From: an uncultured Methanosarcinales archaeon
GTDB taxonomy: Archaea > Nanobdellota > Nanobdellia > Woesearchaeales > ARS49
Assembly: GCA_964617195.1 (NCBI GenBank)
Contig: CAZTVK010000019.1
Location: 225,019 to 289,018 of the forward strand
Length of the DNA: 64,000 nt
Direction of reading: 5' to 3'
Shown: in pieces, positions 46,737-57,147 of the stretch
How positions within the stretch are numbered: the stretch's first letter is position 1
Layout: each line of letters starts with the position of its first letter
The notes under the pieces: model-generated
Seen by the model: the letters and a program-made list of their open reading frames with translations, nothing else
Told to the model about the DNA's origin: nothing
Database searches by the model: none
Made by a program: the position numbers and the translations under genes

Positions 46737-47930
46737 ATGAAAGTCTGTGTTATTGGCCTAGGGTACATAGGACTGCCCACAGCCCTTCTACTTGCAAAAG
46801 GCGGTCACGAAGTAGAAGGCTACGATCTGATAAAAGAAAAAATCGCAATTCTAAACAAAGGAGAACTGCCCTTCCAAGAAAAAGGACTTCCAGAACTCTT
46901 CGCAGAAGCGAAAAAGAAATTCAAAGCAACAAGCACACTTGCAAAAAATTATGACGCTTTCATAATCTGCGTCCCAACGCCGCACACCAAACAAAACACC
47001 TGCGACCTTGAATATGTCGAGTCAGCAATACGCTCTATAATTCCGGCGCTCAAGAAAAATGCAATAGTAATACTTGAGTCAACAGTCGCACCAGGAACAA
47101 CCACAAACGTCGTAAAACCAATACTTGAGCAAACAGGTCTGAAGGCAGGAAAAGACTTCCAATTGGCGTGCGTCTGCGAAAAAGCAATACCAGGAAACAC
47201 TATAAATGAAATGATAAATAACGCTAGGATCATAGGCGGTTATGACGAAGCAAGCAAACAAAAAGCACAAGAAGTCTACAAAGCTTTTGTCAAAGGAGAA
47301 ATAATCCTGACGGACTGCACAACATCAGAAACAGTAAAACTCGTGGAAAACACATATAGAGACATCAACATCGCGTTTGCAAACGACCTGGCAAAAATAT
47401 GCGCCAAACTAGGCATAAACGTCTGGGACGTCATAAAATATGCAAATATGCACTCACGAGTTAACGTACACCAGCCAGGACCAGGAGTAGGAGGACACTG
47501 CATAGCAATAGACCCATGGTTTTTGGTAGAAAAACACCCAAGCGAGCTGGTCAAAGCAGCTCGAACAATCAATAACTCAATGCCAAAACACGTGTTCTCA
47601 TACATACAAAAAATGGCAAAAGGAAAACCAACAATAGGCATACTCGGAGTTGCGTACAAGAAAAACGTTGACGATTCACGAGAAACACCAGCACTAGAAC
47701 TAATACGGTTGATAAAAGAAAAAGGCTGGAATATAACTATAAACGACCCATTGGTTAAACGCTTTGAACACCCGCTGGATGATCTAGGCAAAGTGCTCAA
47801 AGCAGATATTGTAGTAATAGTCACAGACCACGACGAATACAAAAAAATAGACTTTTCAAAAGTCAAAACAGTGGTAGACACAAGAAACATGGGAATCAAA
47901 AACAGCCACCTGCTAGGAAGGGACTTCTAA
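46737..47930 (+). CDS. wecC: Nucleotide-sugar 6-dehydrogenase (UDP-ManNAc/UDP-GlcNAc dehydrogenase, WecC/WbpA-like)
   Basis: 397 aa; NAD fold VIGLGYIGLPTA, catalytic Cys region GGHCIAIDP. Confidence 0.85.
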   Translation: MKVCVIGLGYIGLPTALLLAKGGHEVEGYDLIKEKIAILNKGELPFQEKGLPELFAEAKKKFKATSTLAKNYDAFIICVPTPHTKQNTCDLEYVESAIRSIIPALKKNAIVILESTVAPGTTTNVVKPILEQTGLKAGKDFQLACVCEKAIPGNTINEMINNARIIGGYDEASKQKAQEVYKAFVKGEIILTDCTTSETVKLVENTYRDINIAFANDLAKICAKLGINVWDVIKYANMHSRVNVHQPGPGVGGHCIAIDPWFLVEKHPSELVKAARTINNSMPKHVFSYIQKMAKGKPTIGILGVAYKKNVDDSRETPALELIRLIKEKGWNITINDPLVKRFEHPLDDLGKVLKADIVVIVTDHDEYKKIDFSKVKTVVDTRNMGIKNSHLLGRDF

Positions 47931-48865
47931 TGAAAACAGTACTCGTAACAGGAGGCGCAGGAGCCATCGGCATAAACCTTGTTAACGGACTTCTTGATAA
48001 AGCAGAAAAAATCATAGTAGTTGACGACCTGTCCTCAGGGCATTCAGAGTTCCTAACAAGAAACAAAAAAATAGAGTTCATAAAAGACTCGATAACAGAT
48101 GGTGAGCTCTACGAAAAACTTTCAAAACAACCCATTCAAATTATCTTTCATCTAGCAGCGCACTTTGCCAACCAAAACTCAGTCGAACACCCACGACGGG
48201 ATTTGAAGGTAAACGGCTTGGGAACATTAAAACTGCTAGAATTTGCCGTCAAAAATAAAATTGAAAAATTCGTCTACATTTCATCATCCTGCGTGTACGG
48301 CAACAACCACGACGCAGCGGAAGAAGACCTCAGCAAAATACAACTCGACACGCCCTACGCCATAACAAAATACCTCGGGGAACACTACACTTCATTTTTC
48401 CACGAATATCACAAGCTCAACACAGTCATACTGCGCGTGTTCAATTCATTCGGGCCAGGAGAACTCGGAGGAAAATACAGAAACGTCATACCTAATTTCA
48501 TTGACAATGCTATAAAAGGAAAACCACTCACCATTACCGGCACGGGCAACGAAACACGCGATTTCAACTGGGTAGGAAACGTCGTACAGGCCTGCATATT
48601 GGCAGCAACAAAAGAAAAGGCCAACGGGCAAATGTTCAACATCGGCTCAGGCGTTGAGACAAAAATTATTGACATAGCAAAAACGATACAACGACTGTCA
48701 AAAAATAAGACGCGAATCATATTCAAGCCACGCCGAGACTGGGACAAAGTCCTAAGAAGAAAAGCCAACATAAAACAAGCACAAAAGCTACTAGACTACA
48801 AACCAGAAATAAATCTTCAAAAACACTTCAAAATAACATATGACTGGTACGTTAAACACAAATGA
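47930..48865 (+). CDS. NAD-dependent nucleotide-sugar epimerase/dehydratase (extended SDR)
   Basis: 311 aa; TGGAGAIG Rossmann motif, YxxxK (YAITK). Confidence 0.8.
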   Translation: MKTVLVTGGAGAIGINLVNGLLDKAEKIIVVDDLSSGHSEFLTRNKKIEFIKDSITDGELYEKLSKQPIQIIFHLAAHFANQNSVEHPRRDLKVNGLGTLKLLEFAVKNKIEKFVYISSSCVYGNNHDAAEEDLSKIQLDTPYAITKYLGEHYTSFFHEYHKLNTVILRVFNSFGPGELGGKYRNVIPNFIDNAIKGKPLTITGTGNETRDFNWVGNVVQACILAATKEKANGQMFNIGSGVETKIIDIAKTIQRLSKNKTRIIFKPRRDWDKVLRRKANIKQAQKLLDYKPEINLQKHFKITYDWYVKHK

Positions 48866-49893
48866 AAAAAATAAAGTTCGCCATAATCGGATGCGGAAAA
48901 ATAGGAACAAGACATGCAGAAAAAATGCAATTAGTTCCGGAAGCAGAACTTTACGCTGTCTGCGACGTAATAGAAGCACGAGCCAAAGCCGTAGCAGACA
49001 AATACAAATGCAAATACTACACAGATTACCACGAACTACTGAAAGACAAAAAAATAGAAGTCGTTAACGTCTGCGTGCCAAACGGATTACACGCACAAGT
49101 GTCAATAGATGCAATGGACGCAAAGAAAAACGTTCTCTGCGAAAAACCTATGTGCATTACATTAAAAGATGCAGACAAAATGGTCGAAGCACAAAAAAAG
49201 AACAACGTCAAATTCTTTCTAGTAAAACAAAACAGATACAACCCGCCAATTGTAGCGCTAAAAGAGGCTGTTACAAATAATAAGCTCGGCAAAATCTACA
49301 TGGTAAACAGCACAGTATTCTGGAACAGAAACCAAGCCTACTATGACGAAGAAGCCTGGAGAGGCACAAAAAACATGGATGGAGGAACATTATACACGCA
49401 ATGCAGCCACTTCCTAGACCTCATGCTCTGGCTCGGCGGAGACGTCAAAAGCATACACGCTAAAATGGAACTCTACAACCACGACATAGAAACAGAAGAC
49501 ACAGGAGTAGTGCTGCTAAAATTCAAAAACGGAGCACTTGGAGTATTACAATACACCACCTGCGCCTATGAAAAAAACATGGAAGGCTCCCTCACAGTCA
49601 TGGGCACAAAAGGCAGTGCCAAAGCAGGCGGGCAATACCTCAACGAAATGGAATACTGGAACGTTGAAAACACGCCAATGCCAAAAATAGAAGAAAGCGC
49701 AGAGCCAAACACATACGGAACGTACCAAGGCTCAATGTCAAACCACGACAAAGTCATCGCGCACGTTGCAGATGTACTCTTACACGGCGGAAACCCAGGA
49801 GTACCAGTAGAACAAGGAAGATACTCAGTCAAAATAATGGAAGCAGCATACAAATCAGCACAAACAGGAAAGGAGATAGTGTTCAATGACTGA
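48862..49893 (+). CDS. Gfo/Idh/MocA-family oxidoreductase (WbpB-like UDP-GlcNAcA 3-dehydrogenase candidate)
   Basis: 343 aa; IIGCGKIGTRH Rossmann, EKP motif. Confidence 0.85.
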   Translation: MKKIKFAIIGCGKIGTRHAEKMQLVPEAELYAVCDVIEARAKAVADKYKCKYYTDYHELLKDKKIEVVNVCVPNGLHAQVSIDAMDAKKNVLCEKPMCITLKDADKMVEAQKKNNVKFFLVKQNRYNPPIVALKEAVTNNKLGKIYMVNSTVFWNRNQAYYDEEAWRGTKNMDGGTLYTQCSHFLDLMLWLGGDVKSIHAKMELYNHDIETEDTGVVLLKFKNGALGVLQYTTCAYEKNMEGSLTVMGTKGSAKAGGQYLNEMEYWNVENTPMPKIEESAEPNTYGTYQGSMSNHDKVIAHVADVLLHGGNPGVPVEQGRYSVKIMEAAYKSAQTGKEIVFND

Positions 49894-50470
49894 CGTCAAG
49901 CTAGGAAAAGGCACAGAAGTACAAGACTTCGTCATAATAGGAGTTTTACCAAAAGAAACAGGCAACAACACTAAAACCATAATCGGCAAAAACTCAGTCA
50001 TACGCTCACACACAGTCATCTACGCAGGAAACAAAATAGGAGACAACTTCCAAACAGGACACGGCGTTAACATACGCGAATACAACACCATTGGAAATAA
50101 TGTCTCAATCGGAACACATTCTATTATCGAACACCACGTAAAAATAGAAGACAACGTACGAATACACAGCGACGCGTTCATTCCAGAATATTCCATTCTA
50201 AAAAAAGGCTGCTGGATAGGCCCAGGCGCAATATTCACCAACGTACGCGTACCATTGGACCCAGAATCAAAGAAAAAAATCAAAGGGCCAACAATAGAAG
50301 AAGGCGCAATAATAGGCGCAGGAGCAATAATCCTTCCCGGAATTACCATAGGAAAAAACGCCCTTGTCGGAGCAGGCTCAGTCGTCACAAAAGACGTTCC
50401 TGCAGGCGCCGTTGTAGTCGGAAACCCGGCTAGAGTAGTCAAGAAAAAAACAGAGATAACAAAAAAATGA
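49886..50470 (+). CDS. Hexapeptide-repeat N-acetyltransferase (WbpD-like)
   Basis: 194 aa; left-handed beta-helix repeats [LIV]G.N..I. Confidence 0.8.
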   Translation: MTDVKLGKGTEVQDFVIIGVLPKETGNNTKTIIGKNSVIRSHTVIYAGNKIGDNFQTGHGVNIREYNTIGNNVSIGTHSIIEHHVKIEDNVRIHSDAFIPEYSILKKGCWIGPGAIFTNVRVPLDPESKKKIKGPTIEEGAIIGAGAIILPGITIGKNALVGAGSVVTKDVPAGAVVVGNPARVVKKKTEITKK

Positions 50471-51555
50471 TACCACTAGTGGATTTGAAAGCACAGTACG
50501 CCACAATCAAAAAAGAGATTGACACGGCCATACAAACAGTCCTCAACAACACTTCTTTTATTCTCGGAGAACACGTAGAAGAATTTGAGAAGAACTTTGC
50601 CAAATACAACAACGCAAAACACTGCGTTGCCCTAAAAAGCGGAACAGCAGCATTACACTTAGCCCTTCTAGCACTCGGCATCAAACCAGGAGATGAAGTA
50701 ATCACAATATCCCACACTTTCATCGCAACAACAGAAGCAATCATACACTCCGGAGCAAAGCCAGTCTTCGTCGACATCAGCCCAGACACTTACCTCATTA
50801 ATACGGACCAAATAGAAAAAGCAATCACGCCAAAGACCAAGGCGATACTGCCAGTAGACATCTACGGGCAAATGGCAGACATGAAGACGCTTAGAAAAAT
50901 CTGCGATAAGCATGGACTTAAGCTAATTGAAGACGCAGCACAAGCCCACGGCGCAGAACAAAACAACGAAAAACCAGGAAAATACGCAGATGTAGCTGCA
51001 TTCAGCTTCTACCCAGGAAAAAACCTCGGCGCATACGGAGACGCAGGCGCAATAATCACAAATAACAACGCACTAGCAGAAAAAATAGCCATGCTTAGAG
51101 ACCATGGACGAAGAAAGGGTGCCAAATACGAACACGAAATCGTCGGCTACAACGAACGCATGGACGGCTTGCAAGGGGCTGTTCTTAATGTAAAACTCAA
51201 ACACCTCGACGCCTGGATAAACAAGCGAAGAAAAATCGCACAACAATATAACAAAGGACTAAACATACAAACACCAGTAGAAGCGCTAGGAAACAAACAC
51301 GCCTACCACTTATACGTCGTCCAGCACGAGAAAAGAGACGCACTACTTGAACACCTAAAGAAAAAAGACATCCAAGCAGGCATACATTACCCAATATCAC
51401 TGCATTTACAGCAAGCGCACAAGGATCTTAAAATAAAAAGCGCATATCCAGCCACTGAAAAAGCAGCAAAACGAATACTCTCACTCCCCATATATCCTGA
51501 AATGACAGACGAACAAATAGCTTTAGTCATAAAAGCGGTGAACGAATTCAAATGA
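50467..51555 (+). CDS. DegT/DnrJ/EryC1/StrS PLP-dependent sugar aminotransferase (WbpE-like)
   Basis: 362 aa; family-typical blocks incl. AFSFYPGKNLGAYGDAG and PLP-Lys region. Confidence 0.85.
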   Translation: MIPLVDLKAQYATIKKEIDTAIQTVLNNTSFILGEHVEEFEKNFAKYNNAKHCVALKSGTAALHLALLALGIKPGDEVITISHTFIATTEAIIHSGAKPVFVDISPDTYLINTDQIEKAITPKTKAILPVDIYGQMADMKTLRKICDKHGLKLIEDAAQAHGAEQNNEKPGKYADVAAFSFYPGKNLGAYGDAGAIITNNNALAEKIAMLRDHGRRKGAKYEHEIVGYNERMDGLQGAVLNVKLKHLDAWINKRRKIAQQYNKGLNIQTPVEALGNKHAYHLYVVQHEKRDALLEHLKKKDIQAGIHYPISLHLQQAHKDLKIKSAYPATEKAAKRILSLPIYPEMTDEQIALVIKAVNEFK

Positions 51556-52688
51556 AACTCGTCGTCTTTCCAACAGACCCAGTTGAAAGCTATGCCAGAA
51601 AAGGAGAAGTCAAACAAGGATACTACAACCCAGGCAACTTCTTCGACGAAATACACATAATCAACCTCGCACACCAGGACAAAACACTTGACTATTCGGT
51701 AATATCCCAAATGTGCGGCAAAGCAAAATGCCACATCCACTACATGGGACCATGGAAACCCGGCAACATCAGCGCACTCAAGAAAAAAATCATACGAGAA
51801 ATACAAAACATACAACCAGACGCAATACGCGCATACGGCTTACTATTTGAAGGCTACTTCGCCTCACGTGCAGCACGCGCGCTCAATATCCCGCTCGTCA
51901 TATCACTCCATGACAACTACAAAGAATATTTCAAATTCTCATGGGTATTAGAAAAAAACATCCCTAAATGGCTGTTCTTCAAATACTGGCAATACTTCGT
52001 GCTCCCAAGCATAGTACACACCGCAAGCTACGTCATCGCCGTCTACCCCCACGCCATCAGAGGCGTACCAGCAACCATACGCTGCCCATACCAACTAATT
52101 TACAACAAAGTCTACGCAAAACGATTCAAACCAATTAAAGTCAAAAAATATTCACAATTTACGGCAGTCACTGTGGGCAACTTGTTGCACATGAAAGGAA
52201 CATCTGTTCTTTTAGATGTCATACACGGAACAGACGTACGCCTGATAATATTAGGTCAAGGGCCATTAAAACAACAGCTTGTTGAAAAAGCAAAAAGAAA
52301 TGGCGTTGAAAATCAAGTAGAATTCATCGACTCAATACCGAACAAAGACCTGCCAGCATTCTACAACAAAGCACATTGCTTTATAACAGCAATACGACAA
52401 GGAGGCATCGGCATACCAATGATAGAATCAATGGCGTGCGGGCTGCCAATAATACACGGACGACCAATGTACATCGACCATCCAGACCTCTACAACGGAA
52501 AAAACATGCTATTAGTAGACAGCACTCAAGAAGCGCTCAGCAAAGCGCTCACACAGTTCAAAAACAACACAAAAATAAGACAACAATACGCCAAAGAAGG
52601 ACTCAAAACCTTCAAAGAAATCGAAGGCAAGAAAATGGAGAAAAAAGAGGCGGACGTGTACAGGCAAGTTCTCAAGAAAGCTTTATAA
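51552..52688 (+). CDS. Glycosyltransferase family 4
   Basis: 378 aa; C-terminal GT-B motif GGIGIPMIESMACGLPII. Confidence 0.7.
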   Translation: MKLVVFPTDPVESYARKGEVKQGYYNPGNFFDEIHIINLAHQDKTLDYSVISQMCGKAKCHIHYMGPWKPGNISALKKKIIREIQNIQPDAIRAYGLLFEGYFASRAARALNIPLVISLHDNYKEYFKFSWVLEKNIPKWLFFKYWQYFVLPSIVHTASYVIAVYPHAIRGVPATIRCPYQLIYNKVYAKRFKPIKVKKYSQFTAVTVGNLLHMKGTSVLLDVIHGTDVRLIILGQGPLKQQLVEKAKRNGVENQVEFIDSIPNKDLPAFYNKAHCFITAIRQGGIGIPMIESMACGLPIIHGRPMYIDHPDLYNGKNMLLVDSTQEALSKALTQFKNNTKIRQQYAKEGLKTFKEIEGKKMEKKEADVYRQVLKKAL

Positions 52689-52690
52689 GT

Positions 52691-53299
52691 ATGCTGGAGA
52701 GCAGATTTATCATGATAAAAGTACACCCAACAGCAGAAGTACACCCGGACGCAAAAATAGGCGATGGCACAACAATCTGGAATCACGCACAAGTCAGGGA
52801 AAAGGCAATCTTGGGAAAGAATTGCATTCTAAGCAAAAATGTCTATGTTGACATTGACGTCAAAATAGGCAATAATGTAAAATTACAGAATAATGTCTCT
52901 GTCTACAAAGGCGTCACCATAGAAGACGACGTATTTGTTGGCCCAAATGCGGTCTTTACCAACGATTTGTATCCACGTGCGATAATCTGGGATGAAATAC
53001 GCTTACAAACAACACTAGTCAAAAAAGGAGCAAGTATAGGCGCAGGATCAATCATCATCTGCGGCAAACGTGTTATCGGCGAACATGCAATGGTTGGCTC
53101 AGGAGCAGTAGTCACCAAAAACGTCCCCGCACACGGACTTGTCCTCGGCAATCCAGCACGCCTTGTGGGCTTTGTGTGCACGTGCGGCTACCGATTACAC
53201 GAAAAAACAAAACAGCAACACTCATACCTCATGCACTGTGCGGCATGCAAGAAAGAGATTGATATTCCACTTACCGATTATAGTTTACTGAAAAAATGA
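52691..53299 (+). CDS. Hexapeptide-repeat sugar N-acetyltransferase (second copy)
   Basis: ATG 52691 just after GT4 stop (ORF-track start 52376 is an out-of-context upstream extension); beta-helix repeats; C-terminal Cys cluster. Confidence 0.8.
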   Translation: MLESRFIMIKVHPTAEVHPDAKIGDGTTIWNHAQVREKAILGKNCILSKNVYVDIDVKIGNNVKLQNNVSVYKGVTIEDDVFVGPNAVFTNDLYPRAIIWDEIRLQTTLVKKGASIGAGSIIICGKRVIGEHAMVGSGAVVTKNVPAHGLVLGNPARLVGFVCTCGYRLHEKTKQQHSYLMHCAACKKEIDIPLTDYSLLKK

Positions 53300-54393
53300 T
53301 ACCCATCTCAAAACCACTCATCGGCCCAGAAGAAGAAAAAGCAGTACTTGAAGTCCTCAAATCAGGCATGATTGCACAAGGGCCTAAAGTCAAAGAATTC
53401 GAAGAAAAATTTGCAGCATACTGCGGCTCCAAACACGCGATTGCCATGAACTCAGGCACAGCAGCATTGCATGCCTGCATGCACGCACTCGGTCTCAAGC
53501 CAGGAGATGAGGTTATTACAACACCATTCACATTTGTGGCCAGCGCAAACAGCATCCTAATGCAAGGCGCCAAGCCAGTCTTTGCAGACATTGAAGAAGA
53601 AACATTCAACCTCGACACAAAACAAGTTGAAAAGAAAATAACGCCAAAAACCAAAGCCATTCTTACGGTCAACCTCTACGGCCAAATCTGCCACGCACAA
53701 GCATTCAAAGACCTTGCAAAAAAACACAATCTTAAATTAATCGAGGACGCCTGCCAGTCAGTCGGAGCAGAAGCAGACGGCATGAAGTCAGGCGTCATAG
53801 GCGATATTGCTGCTTTTTCCTTCTACGCCACTAAGAACTTAATGTGTGGAGAAGGAGGCATTGTAACTACAAACAATGCAGAATGGGCAGAACTCTGCAA
53901 ACGTTTCAGACACCACGGACAAAGTGAGCAGACACGCTATGAATACTATGATATTGGCTATAATTACCGCATGATGGACCTCGTAGCAGTAATCGGACTG
54001 GCACAATTGGCCAAAATAGATAATTTTACAAAAAAAAGAATAGAAAATGCCACAAAGCTGACAGAAGGGCTAAAAAACATCAAAGAAATCGTAGTGCCAA
54101 AAATACTTCCGAGCAACAAGCACGTCTTCCACCAATACACAATCAAAGTATTGAAAGACAGAGACAAACTTCTTGCACACCTCAAAGAAAAAGGAATAGG
54201 CGCAGGTATTTACTATCCGAAACCACTGCACTTGCACCCACACTTTGCAAAACTCGGATACAAAAAAGGAGATTTCCCAGTGTCAGAGCGAGTTTCAGAA
54301 CAGGTATTATCATTGCCAGTGCATCCAGCGTTAACAGAAGAAGATATTAAGATGATAATTAAAACAATCAAAGACTTCTATGAAAAAGCCTAA
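53296..54393 (+). CDS. DegT-family PLP-dependent sugar aminotransferase (second copy)
   Basis: 365 aa; paralogous to 50467..51555. Confidence 0.85.
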   Translation: MIPISKPLIGPEEEKAVLEVLKSGMIAQGPKVKEFEEKFAAYCGSKHAIAMNSGTAALHACMHALGLKPGDEVITTPFTFVASANSILMQGAKPVFADIEEETFNLDTKQVEKKITPKTKAILTVNLYGQICHAQAFKDLAKKHNLKLIEDACQSVGAEADGMKSGVIGDIAAFSFYATKNLMCGEGGIVTTNNAEWAELCKRFRHHGQSEQTRYEYYDIGYNYRMMDLVAVIGLAQLAKIDNFTKKRIENATKLTEGLKNIKEIVVPKILPSNKHVFHQYTIKVLKDRDKLLAHLKEKGIGAGIYYPKPLHLHPHFAKLGYKKGDFPVSERVSEQVLSLPVHPALTEEDIKMIIKTIKDFYEKA

Positions 54394-55354
54394 TCTCTCA
54401 TTGAAAGGAAAACATGTTTGCGTAACCGGCGGTGCCGGCTTCATTGGCAGCCATGTCGTCGATGCAGTTATAAAAGAACGGCCTGCGTCGATTATCGTAC
54501 TCGACAATCTCTTTCTTGGAAAAGAATCTAATTTGGAGGATGCAAAAAAAGCATATCCCTTGCTTGTTTTCTACAAAATTGACGTTTCAGACTACTCCGC
54601 AACCAAAAAAATCTTTGACAAGCACACCATTGATGTGGTATTCAATCTCGCTGTCCAACCACTGCCCTATTCACTCGAGCATCCACGCGAATGCTTCATG
54701 ACCAATTGCGGCATTACAGCAAACATCTGCGAATTATGCAGGCAGAAGAAGATTACACTGATTCACTTCTCCTCATCAGAGGCGTACGGCACTGCAAAAA
54801 CATCCATTATTGACGAAGACCATCCACTTGATCCAATAACACCCTATGCGGCCAGCAAATCAGGAACAGACCACCTAGTTCTTTCGTACATCAGAACATA
54901 CGGTTTGGATTCCGCCATTGCAAGACCGTTCAACACATACGGTCCGCGACAGAATGAAGGCTCCTATGCGGGTGTCATACCTGCAACAGCCAAAAAACTG
55001 CTTAGCGGTAACCAGCCGGTTATATATGGAGATGGAAAGCAAACGCGCGATTTTGCCTATGTAGAAGACACTGCACAAGCGGCGATTGCCATCTATGCAC
55101 ATCCAGAAACCAGAGGCAGAATATTGAACATCGCGACCGGAGAAGAAGTGACCATTCACGAACTCATACAAACGATACAGAAAATAATGGGGGATAAACA
55201 GGCGATAGCGTTTGAGCCAGACCGTCCCGGTGATGTCCGACGGCTGCGAGGCGACGCGCGTCTTCTCAATACATTAGCAGGATTCAAGCCGCGCATAAAG
55301 TTGGCAGAAGGCCTGAAGAAAACAATTGATTGGTATAAAAAGACGCTAAAGTAA
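54380..55354 (+). CDS. NAD-dependent sugar-nucleotide dehydratase/epimerase (extended SDR)
   Basis: 324 aa; VTGGAGFIGSH, YAASK. Confidence 0.8.
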   Translation: MKKPNLSLKGKHVCVTGGAGFIGSHVVDAVIKERPASIIVLDNLFLGKESNLEDAKKAYPLLVFYKIDVSDYSATKKIFDKHTIDVVFNLAVQPLPYSLEHPRECFMTNCGITANICELCRQKKITLIHFSSSEAYGTAKTSIIDEDHPLDPITPYAASKSGTDHLVLSYIRTYGLDSAIARPFNTYGPRQNEGSYAGVIPATAKKLLSGNQPVIYGDGKQTRDFAYVEDTAQAAIAIYAHPETRGRILNIATGEEVTIHELIQTIQKIMGDKQAIAFEPDRPGDVRRLRGDARLLNTLAGFKPRIKLAEGLKKTIDWYKKTLK

Positions 55355-55355
55355 C

Positions 55356-56363
55356 CTACATCTTTACGAGAATTTTCTTTGTCCCTGAATTAAGAATTGC
55401 CAATGCAACTTCAACTGCCCGTGCGCCGTCTTCAACCGTTACTTGCGGTTGGATGTTTTTTGTAACAATATCCAAGAAGTGTGAAAGCTCCCTGCTCAAT
55501 GGTTCCTGATTCCTGATAGGATACTTTATTACTTTTCCCTCGCTCACTTTTCCGCCAAACTGTAGTCCTTTGAAGTAATCGGGACTGAGCGGCGTCAGTT
55601 CAGCACCTTCAGCATTCTCATAAAACCATACTTCTTGATTCTGGTAATCTACAGAAAGAATTCCCTTTGTGCCATAAATTTCAATGCTTCTTATACGGCG
55701 CGGAGAAACCCAACTGAATTCACAAGAACCCTTTACTGCGTTTTCAAGCTCCAACATCACGTTTGCATAAATCTCCTGTTCCTTCTCGAACAACAGCTGC
55801 GCGAAAACGCTTGAGATGTGACCGATAAGGTGTTCAACAATATCAACATCATGGACTGCGAGATCAATCAGCACACCTTGTTTTGTGCCAATCAGGCGCT
55901 TTGGATACGGGCCGTTTCTACGCGTCTGGAACAGGTATGGTTTTCCAATATCCTTGATCAGTTCCTGCATCTTTGCAACAGCAGGATTAAACCGCTCAAT
56001 ATGCCCAACCAGCACCTTTGTTTTTGACTTTTTCACCGCCTTTATTATTGCTTCAACATCATCCATGGAGTGCGCCAGCGGCTTTTCGCACAGGATAGCC
56101 TTGCATTTGTCAAGGCACTGTAGCAGTACAGACTTATGTGTTGATGAAGGTGTTGCGATAATTATGCCATCAGGTTTTTCATTTGCCAACATATCAGCCA
56201 AGTCCTTGTACGCTGCACCAATCCCGTATCGAGCAGCAATACTGCCACGTTTTGCATCATCAACTTCAACAACGACAATCCGCGGAGCACTTTCAAGGCT
56301 GGCAAGTACACGGATGTGGTTGGAACCCATTGCGCCGGTTCCGATTACTGCAATGCAAGTCAT
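55356..56363 (-). CDS. Gfo/Idh/MocA-family oxidoreductase (second copy)
   Basis: 335 aa; N-terminal Rossmann VIGTGAMGSNH, EKP. Confidence 0.8.
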   Translation of the reverse strand: MTCIAVIGTGAMGSNHIRVLASLESAPRIVVVEVDDAKRGSIAARYGIGAAYKDLADMLANEKPDGIIIATPSSTHKSVLLQCLDKCKAILCEKPLAHSMDDVEAIIKAVKKSKTKVLVGHIERFNPAVAKMQELIKDIGKPYLFQTRRNGPYPKRLIGTKQGVLIDLAVHDVDIVEHLIGHISSVFAQLLFEKEQEIYANVMLELENAVKGSCEFSWVSPRRIRSIEIYGTKGILSVDYQNQEVWFYENAEGAELTPLSPDYFKGLQFGGKVSEGKVIKYPIRNQEPLSRELSHFLDIVTKNIQPQVTVEDGARAVEVALAILNSGTKKILVKM

Positions 56364-57109
56364 CGTTTCTTCCGTGCTTTAAAGAAAAGCACATGGCCGA
56401 ATTTTTTCAATGGAGAATTTCCCAAAACCTTATCCAACCCGAAAAGAAAATTTGGGAACTTGACAAGAATGTCAGGATAGCTGAACCGGCATGAGCGGAC
56501 TTCTTCTATCTCGAGCCCTGCTTTTTCAGTAATGCTTACGGTTTTTGAATAAGGACGATAGACACAATAATCAATCTTCCTTTCCGTACCCTGCAAAGTA
56601 CGTAAAACTTTCACTGGGAAACGCAGAACATCATTTATCCATTTTGCGCGCCGATTTGGAGTTGAAAAGACGAATATTCCGCCTGGCTTCAGCGTCCTCT
56701 GCACTTCCTTAAAGATTTTCTTCCAACTTTCTTCTTTCAGAACGTGCACCAGTACATCAATGCAGACTACCACATCAAAGTAATTATCCTTGAAAGGAAG
56801 GTTTGTACCGCTGGTAAGCGCCACTTCATCGTACCCGCGCTTTTTCGCGATTTCTAACCGCTCTTTGCTGATATCAACGCCAATGATGTGTTTCGATTTC
56901 TGCGCGCGCAAAAAAGGATACCATGCACCTATCGAGCATCCCAGATCAAGAACTCTGTCCTTTTTTTCTCCGTGAAGAAGTTTTGCTACAATGCGCTCGC
57001 GTGTCTTCTTGTCATATGCGCAAAAACGCCTGTCAGTATCAAGATTCGTGTCTTCCCACGTATTGCCTATCTTGTTGATATTTTCATATTCGTCTTTTCC
57101 CATGCTCAC
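56360..57109 (-). CDS. Class I SAM-dependent methyltransferase
   Basis: 249 aa; motif I VLDLGCSIGAW, motif post-I, FDVVVCIDVL. Confidence 0.7.
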   Translation of the reverse strand: MSMGKDEYENINKIGNTWEDTNLDTDRRFCAYDKKTRERIVAKLLHGEKKDRVLDLGCSIGAWYPFLRAQKSKHIIGVDISKERLEIAKKRGYDEVALTSGTNLPFKDNYFDVVVCIDVLVHVLKEESWKKIFKEVQRTLKPGGIFVFSTPNRRAKWINDVLRFPVKVLRTLQGTERKIDYCVYRPYSKTVSITEKAGLEIEEVRSCRFSYPDILVKFPNFLFGLDKVLGNSPLKKFGHVLFFKARKKR

Positions 57110-57147
57110 AAGTCTACTCAGGGGCGTATTTAAATCTAACGTCTATC